A stretch of 64,000 nt of DNA from Candidatus Poribacteria bacterium (lineage in GTDB: Bacteria > Poribacteria > WGA-4E > WGA-3G): assembly GCA_965214095.1 (NCBI GenBank), contig OZ243938.1:4352001-4416000 (forward strand). Direction: 5' to 3'. Position numbers and translations under genes: made by a program. Positions 59,199 through 64,000 of this stretch are shown one piece after another. Under the pieces are notes generated by a model. That model made no database searches. It was not told the origin of the DNA and saw only the letters and a list, made by a program, of their open reading frames with translations. Each line of letters begins with the position of its first letter. Position 1 is the stretch's first letter.

Positions 59199-60272
59199 TC
59201 AACGACTCAATGGGTGTTCCCGATTAACAATCGGAAATTGCACGCGTTGTCCTGTGAGTTGAGATTCGTAAGCACCTAAGATCATCTCCAATGCTGCGAC
59301 TGCATCCTCTGCAGCGGAAATCGGTTTGCGATCATTCTCTATTGCATCAATCAGATCCAGTATAGCGAGTTCGTTTCCTTTGGAGAATGGGGTATCATCC
59401 AGATCAATCGCTTCCCATGCCTGATCAGGATTTGAAGGCACTAAAACTGGATACGGATAAACCATCAGTCTGTTTGCAACATCTCCACGAAGAGAAAAAA
59501 TACCGTCGCTACCTACAATCTCCATACCGTATCTGCCTGAACCGGCTTGGTCTTTACGTGACTGGAAGAAACCTGTGACACCACTCTTGAAAGCAAAGTA
59601 ACTATTTATACAATCCCCTGCTACCGGTCCGACAGGTTCAGTGGGTTCATGATGACCACCAGAAACTACCTCTTGACCATCTTTCAAGACGTGTGCCTGC
59701 ATCCAATCAACATCTCCTACATAGAAACGCATCATATTGAACAAGTGTGTGCCAAGGACAATCATATCCTCTCCACCCCCACGTCTGTCCTGTTTTCCAC
59801 TGGCATAAATTGCTTGCACAGTGCCAATTTTACCTTCATGGAGCAACTGCCTGATTGTATGTGTTGCAGGTAGATAAACCGCTTGATGCGCAACCGCAAC
59901 CTTTCCTCCGTTTGTCTTTGCACTCTCAACGATCTTATCACCCTCTTCAAGCGATCCTGTCATCGGCTTTTCGCTGTAGACGCTGCATCCAGCTTCAAGA
60001 CATGCAGTTACCATATCAACGTGCTCAGTCACCCATCGCGGACCGACACTTACAATGTCTAAATCCTCTTTTTCTAACATGTCACGATAATCAGTGTAGC
60101 TGCGTAGCGCACCAGATTCTTCAACTGCTTTTTTTCTTCCTGCTTCATCTAGGTCAGAGATAGCGATAAATTCAACATTATCTATGTTATTATATGCTGT
60201 ATGCAGTCCGTGTCCGAAGTTGCCTGCTCCAGTATGTCCGATAGCTGCAGCACGATAGATCTTTTCACTCAT
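59199..60272 (-). CDS. Gfo/Idh/MocA oxidoreductase
   Basis: IGHTGAGNFGHG, YSEKP, LGTH. Confidence 0.88.
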   Translation of the reverse strand: MSEKIYRAAAIGHTGAGNFGHGLHTAYNNIDNVEFIAISDLDEAGRKKAVEESGALRSYTDYRDMLEKEDLDIVSVGPRWVTEHVDMVTACLEAGCSVYSEKPMTGSLEEGDKIVESAKTNGGKVAVAHQAVYLPATHTIRQLLHEGKIGTVQAIYASGKQDRRGGGEDMIVLGTHLFNMMRFYVGDVDWMQAHVLKDGQEVVSGGHHEPTEPVGPVAGDCINSYFAFKSGVTGFFQSRKDQAGSGRYGMEIVGSDGIFSLRGDVANRLMVYPYPVLVPSNPDQAWEAIDLDDTPFSKGNELAILDLIDAIENDRKPISAAEDAVAALEMILGAYESQLTGQRVQFPIVNREHPLSR

Positions 60273-60302
60273 AATAAATGTCCTCTCTAATAAGTTGTTC
60301 TA

Positions 60303-60416
60303 ATACCATTTCTAATAGAAAACGCCGCATTTTTGTAGCACAAACTGCCAGTTTGTGCAGTCCTTCAAGACATTCTTAACAAATGTTAATGGGATAAACA
60401 TTTATAGAAATGATAT
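60303..60416. repeat. MITE-like element (same TIR family as 32025) with a different GTAG-REP
   Basis: ATACCATTTCTA / TAGAAATGATAT; GTAGCACAAACTGCCAGTTTGTGC. Confidence 0.65.
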
Positions 60417-60424
60417 AACTTTCA

Positions 60425-61117
60425 CTATAAATTTGCAAACGATTTCACCCTATGCACGAGATCAGAATAATAGCATAGTCGTGCATAATATCTCATGACT
60501 CTATCAACATATTCAAGTGTCTCAGGATAACCTTGAAAATATCCGTGCGGTGGTTCCCCAGCCTCCCACACATTGCTATGCAATACCTTATCTTTTTCTG
60601 TAAGAAGGACAAGATTTCTGCTGAGACACACCCATTGATTTGGATTATCATGTCTGTGTGCAGTAATCTGTTGGGCATCCTTGATGTGTCCACGACCTCC
60701 ATTATAACTTGCCAATGCAATCCGAACACGATTCGGATGTGAACTGTCAGGATACAGGTCGTATAAACTACGGAAATAACGTGTCGCGCCAGCAATACTC
60801 TCATTAGCGTTGAATGGGTCAGTGACACCAAGTTCTTTCGCTGTCTTTGGCATCAGCTGCATCAAACCCATCGCACCTGCATGACTCTCCGCATTCTCGT
60901 CAAACCCAGATTCTTGCACAATCAGTGCAGTAATGAGCCGCCAATCCAAGTGATGCATAGCAGCATGTTCTTGTATCACCGGACGATATTTCAATATTTT
61001 GGGTGTAAGTACAAGTATCCGTACGCCGTTCCAATCACGGACAAATACGACAAATCCAACGATTAGAACTGCACACAAAATGAGTCTTATGAGAATGCGT
61101 TTTGTTATCTTCAGCAT
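60425..61117 (-). CDS. Lytic transglycosylase (SLT/MltF-like)
   Basis: QESGF, GAMGLMQLMP, ALASYNGG, ETLEYV. Confidence 0.9.
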   Translation of the reverse strand: MLKITKRILIRLILCAVLIVGFVVFVRDWNGVRILVLTPKILKYRPVIQEHAAMHHLDWRLITALIVQESGFDENAESHAGAMGLMQLMPKTAKELGVTDPFNANESIAGATRYFRSLYDLYPDSSHPNRVRIALASYNGGRGHIKDAQQITAHRHDNPNQWVCLSRNLVLLTEKDKVLHSNVWEAGEPPHGYFQGYPETLEYVDRVMRYYARLCYYSDLVHRVKSFANL

Positions 61118-61136
61118 GTAGGTATGTCCTTATACC

Positions 61137-62780
61137 TTAGTTTCCCCAAGCATAAGCAATCAAGAAAACAAAACGGTGTTGTTGATCAGTTTCATCCTCA
61201 ACGTGATCTCTGTTTTGAATATGCCGCCAAGCGTAGTTGATAGAACCTTTAACCCCCTTAATCGGTCTATATTTCCAACCAAGTCGAAATTCAGTAAGCC
61301 GTTCAACAACCCCTGATGGAAAAGGTATGTTCTCAAAATCTTCACCGTAAAACCGATCAGTAATATCTGCTTCACCGTTTCGTTGATGGCTAAAGCTTCC
61401 CTCAATTATTGCAGAAGGTGTTGCATGATAAGACACACGAAACGTGAGTAAATCTGCATCCGTGCCTATCGGATGTCCAATCACTGTGCCGAAGTGCGTG
61501 AACTGATTATCAGGTTCCAGATGTGTATATGTCCACCGATTGACACGCACATATTCTCCGAGGAAACCGAGTTGTCGGTCTGCAAACTTTGGATACCACT
61601 CCACACCAGTAAGCCATGTTACCGCATGCGGGTCATTAGAATCAGATTGATACTGAAAATCATCTGCCAGCCATTCTGCATATAGACGTACACCATCAAT
61701 TGGTCGCACTGCGCCATCAAAACTCAACATCATGTTGTCATCATTCTCGGCATTATATTGCACTGCATAATACGGAATTATAGGATTGAGGTAATGCCAT
61801 CTTACTGACTCCACATCTCCGCCATACAGCACCCATTCCGATACACCTATTTCAAGCCAATCACTAAATTGATAGTCCACCCGATGCGCGCTAAGATAGC
61901 GTTTCGCAAGGTAACGTGTCGTGCCATCGTCAAACCATGTTGAATTTAGTTGTGCTGAAAACGCAGTTGCTTTGAGTGTGCCGATTCTACAAGGAATTGT
62001 TCCAGTGAGACGGACAAGTTCAAACGGAGGTGAGTTATCAGATATACCTACAGACTTGATAGGACTTGCTCCCCAATAAACATAATCTCTTCCAAAGAGA
62101 AGATTTAAACTTGCCTCATTAGAAAATGATAGATTATATTGAAGATAACTCCGTTTGAAGTCAACAACATAATCCCAGTGCCATCGTTCATACCGTTGGT
62201 CAGCAGATTTCAAAAGGGGAGGTGAATCTGGTAGATAATAGTTATCTAAAAAATCTTGACCTTGTTCAAAATTGGATATTTCCAATTCAGAATATATGTT
62301 CAATCTGTGACTATCTTTACCAATACCAAAATGCAGTCCACTTTGAAGAGCAGGTGCAATTTCCTCATTCGCAACACGCATTTCCGGTTGGATATTAACA
62401 TAAGTTCTTTGTAGCACGGAATTTTGTGCATCTTGTAGGTTCAATTGTGCTAACGCATTGTGGAATTCTCGTTTGAGTTTCTCAAGGAGTTTTCTGTCTA
62501 TGTCAGATATAGTGAAAGCACCTGATTGGAAACGTTTTTCTGCAGTTTGGATAATCTTTGCGACATCCTCACGAGATAGCGGCAATGTGTGACGATGAAA
62601 GCCACCTGTAACACCTGATACTTCAAGCTTATTTAACGTGTCAATCACCCAACCGTCAAAGTTATTCGGAATATTTGGAGTAGCGTATACTGATAGCGAA
62701 ACAGATGAAAAGAATACAAAAATAGAGAAAAGAAGAGTGCTTAATTTCTTATATGTAACTGAGGAATTAGGTGTAATCAT
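61137..62780 (-). CDS. Capsule assembly Wzi-family outer-membrane protein
   Basis: [31 protein letters not shown]; ATG 62780 overlaps the nadE stop. Confidence 0.75.
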   Translation of the reverse strand: MITPNSSVTYKKLSTLLFSIFVFFSSVSLSVYATPNIPNNFDGWVIDTLNKLEVSGVTGGFHRHTLPLSREDVAKIIQTAEKRFQSGAFTISDIDRKLLEKLKREFHNALAQLNLQDAQNSVLQRTYVNIQPEMRVANEEIAPALQSGLHFGIGKDSHRLNIYSELEISNFEQGQDFLDNYYLPDSPPLLKSADQRYERWHWDYVVDFKRSYLQYNLSFSNEASLNLLFGRDYVYWGASPIKSVGISDNSPPFELVRLTGTIPCRIGTLKATAFSAQLNSTWFDDGTTRYLAKRYLSAHRVDYQFSDWLEIGVSEWVLYGGDVESVRWHYLNPIIPYYAVQYNAENDDNMMLSFDGAVRPIDGVRLYAEWLADDFQYQSDSNDPHAVTWLTGVEWYPKFADRQLGFLGEYVRVNRWTYTHLEPDNQFTHFGTVIGHPIGTDADLLTFRVSYHATPSAIIEGSFSHQRNGEADITDRFYGEDFENIPFPSGVVERLTEFRLGWKYRPIKGVKGSINYAWRHIQNRDHVEDETDQQHRFVFLIAYAWGN

Positions 62781-64000
62781 GCGTCTTGCATCTCCTCGCA
62801 CATCCTATCTATCTTCTTGAATTGCCAACTCCAACGTGTGTTGTATAGAAACTGCCGAAGGTCAAATCGGTTATCTTCTGGAGAATACGGTTCTGCATGA
62901 TATGACGGGGTTAGGGTTGTCATCTTGTGCCGATTAATTGCATAATACCGGAAGAACTTTTTCACTTTTTCAGCCACTTCATCTGGCGGAAGATGATTCC
63001 ATTCCTGAGCAAGTTTTTCAAACATGCTAACAGGTCCACATCGATGCACTTTCCGTAGCTGACCGAAACGACTCAACTCCGCATAAGTCATTCCCATATC
63101 TTCTTCATCAGTTTGAGTGTAGGTTTCAGTAATAGGTTCCAATTCTGCTGTTGGTGGTGCTTCCAATATATCTCCAAGACTGGGATAGCCGAGATTTTCC
63201 TGTGCCCATCTTAGAAAACTACGAAGATCTGTTTTGCTGATACTACCTATCGGATTGATGTCTGCACTGCTGCAATCGTATTTTGTGAGATACCCGCGCA
63301 ATGCTTCGTCAACATTGCCAGTACCTAAGACGAGAAGTGTGCCACGTTTATTGCGAACCCACGGTAAGGTTTGTGCAAAGAGATAACTGATAACCATCCG
63401 TAGACGTGCCTGAATGTTCTGTAATGCTTGATTCTCAACAGTGCTGCCGCCTTCGGTTTTGAACTTAGGGGTTTTGCCAGTGATACCAATGAATAGCTTT
63501 TGCAGTGCGTTTACAAGTGTATCTATATTGATATTTAGATGATAACTGCCGATCTCACTTGCCAACTGCTTTGCACGCTGCCGCGTTTCACGAGAACTGT
63601 TCTCGGTTCCCATATAGCATGTATACAGCAGTTGATCTGCAAGATATTGTGAAGCAAGAAAAGGATCGTCATATTTAGTTTTGATAGTTTCTACACAATC
63701 TTTACCAAGCAATCGTTCAACATCACATATCACGTGTTGTGCATCAGACAGAATCGATTTTGCAACCAGTTGACACATTGACCCGACAAGTGTTGCAACA
63801 GCCCCGCTATCCGATCCACCTGATAGTGGCACAAAATAGCCTCCAGCTTCAGATCGTCTAAGATAATCCCATAACCAGCAGGCAGGACCAAGTGCAATCT
63901 CCTCTTCAGGTGTATGTATGTTGAGTTCAGTCATCGGAATGGTAACATTACGTTTTTCTCTATCGGTCACCGAGAAATCAACATTTATTTGTGGTATTGA
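62777..64000 (-). CDS. nadE: Glutamine-dependent NAD+ synthetase, eukaryote-like (Qns1/NADSYN1 type), 5'-partial
   Basis: [64 protein letters not shown]; frame open to base 64000. Confidence 0.93.
   Translation of the reverse strand, partial: SIPQINVDFSVTDREKRNVTIPMTELNIHTPEEEIALGPACWLWDYLRRSEAGGYFVPLSGGSDSGAVATLVGSMCQLVAKSILSDAQHVICDVERLLGKDCVETIKTKYDDPFLASQYLADQLLYTCYMGTENSSRETRQRAKQLASEIGSYHLNINIDTLVNALQKLFIGITGKTPKFKTEGGSTVENQALQNIQARLRMVISYLFAQTLPWVRNKRGTLLVLGTGNVDEALRGYLTKYDCSSADINPIGSISKTDLRSFLRWAQENLGYPSLGDILEAPPTAELEPITETYTQTDEEDMGMTYAELSRFGQLRKVHRCGPVSMFEKLAQEWNHLPPDEVAEKVKKFFRYYAINRHKMTTLTPSYHAEPYSPEDNRFDLRQFLYNTRWSWQFKKIDRMCEEMQDA

Noticed and set aside
1-64000. CRISPR array or cas genes
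   Set aside because: No regularly spaced direct repeats seen; the palindromes are dispersed REP-like units

Overview
Bacterial chromosome segment, mostly AT-rich. The gene content (many WD40/LRR/LamG secreted proteins with NYPNPFNP or WGxIK C-termini, PhyH, Gfo/Idh/MocA, enolase-superfamily genes) resembles Candidatus Poribacteria; this assignment is an inference. Housekeeping content is purL-purQ, three tRNAs (Gly, Cys, Val), transporters and catabolic enzymes. Accessory highlights: (1) a DNA phosphorothioation locus with dndCDE facing a pbeABCD-like operon that has an extra nuclease-DGQHR fusion gene; pbeA is split by an IS4 with a 20-bp target duplication. (2) A strongly eukaryote-like glutamine-dependent NAD+ synthetase coupled into a bacterial operon. 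(3) A compact UvrD helicase with an internal GIY-YIG nuclease, downstream of a decayed mazEF. (4) A metal-uptake cluster led by a His/CxxC/RAPP leader ORF and ending in a GC-rich CobW-WD40 cassette. (5) An IS5-like element splitting a LamG gene, in frame at both ends. (6) Several small TIR-bounded elements carrying GTAG-REP hairpins. All calls come from reading motifs by eye; no database search was run.
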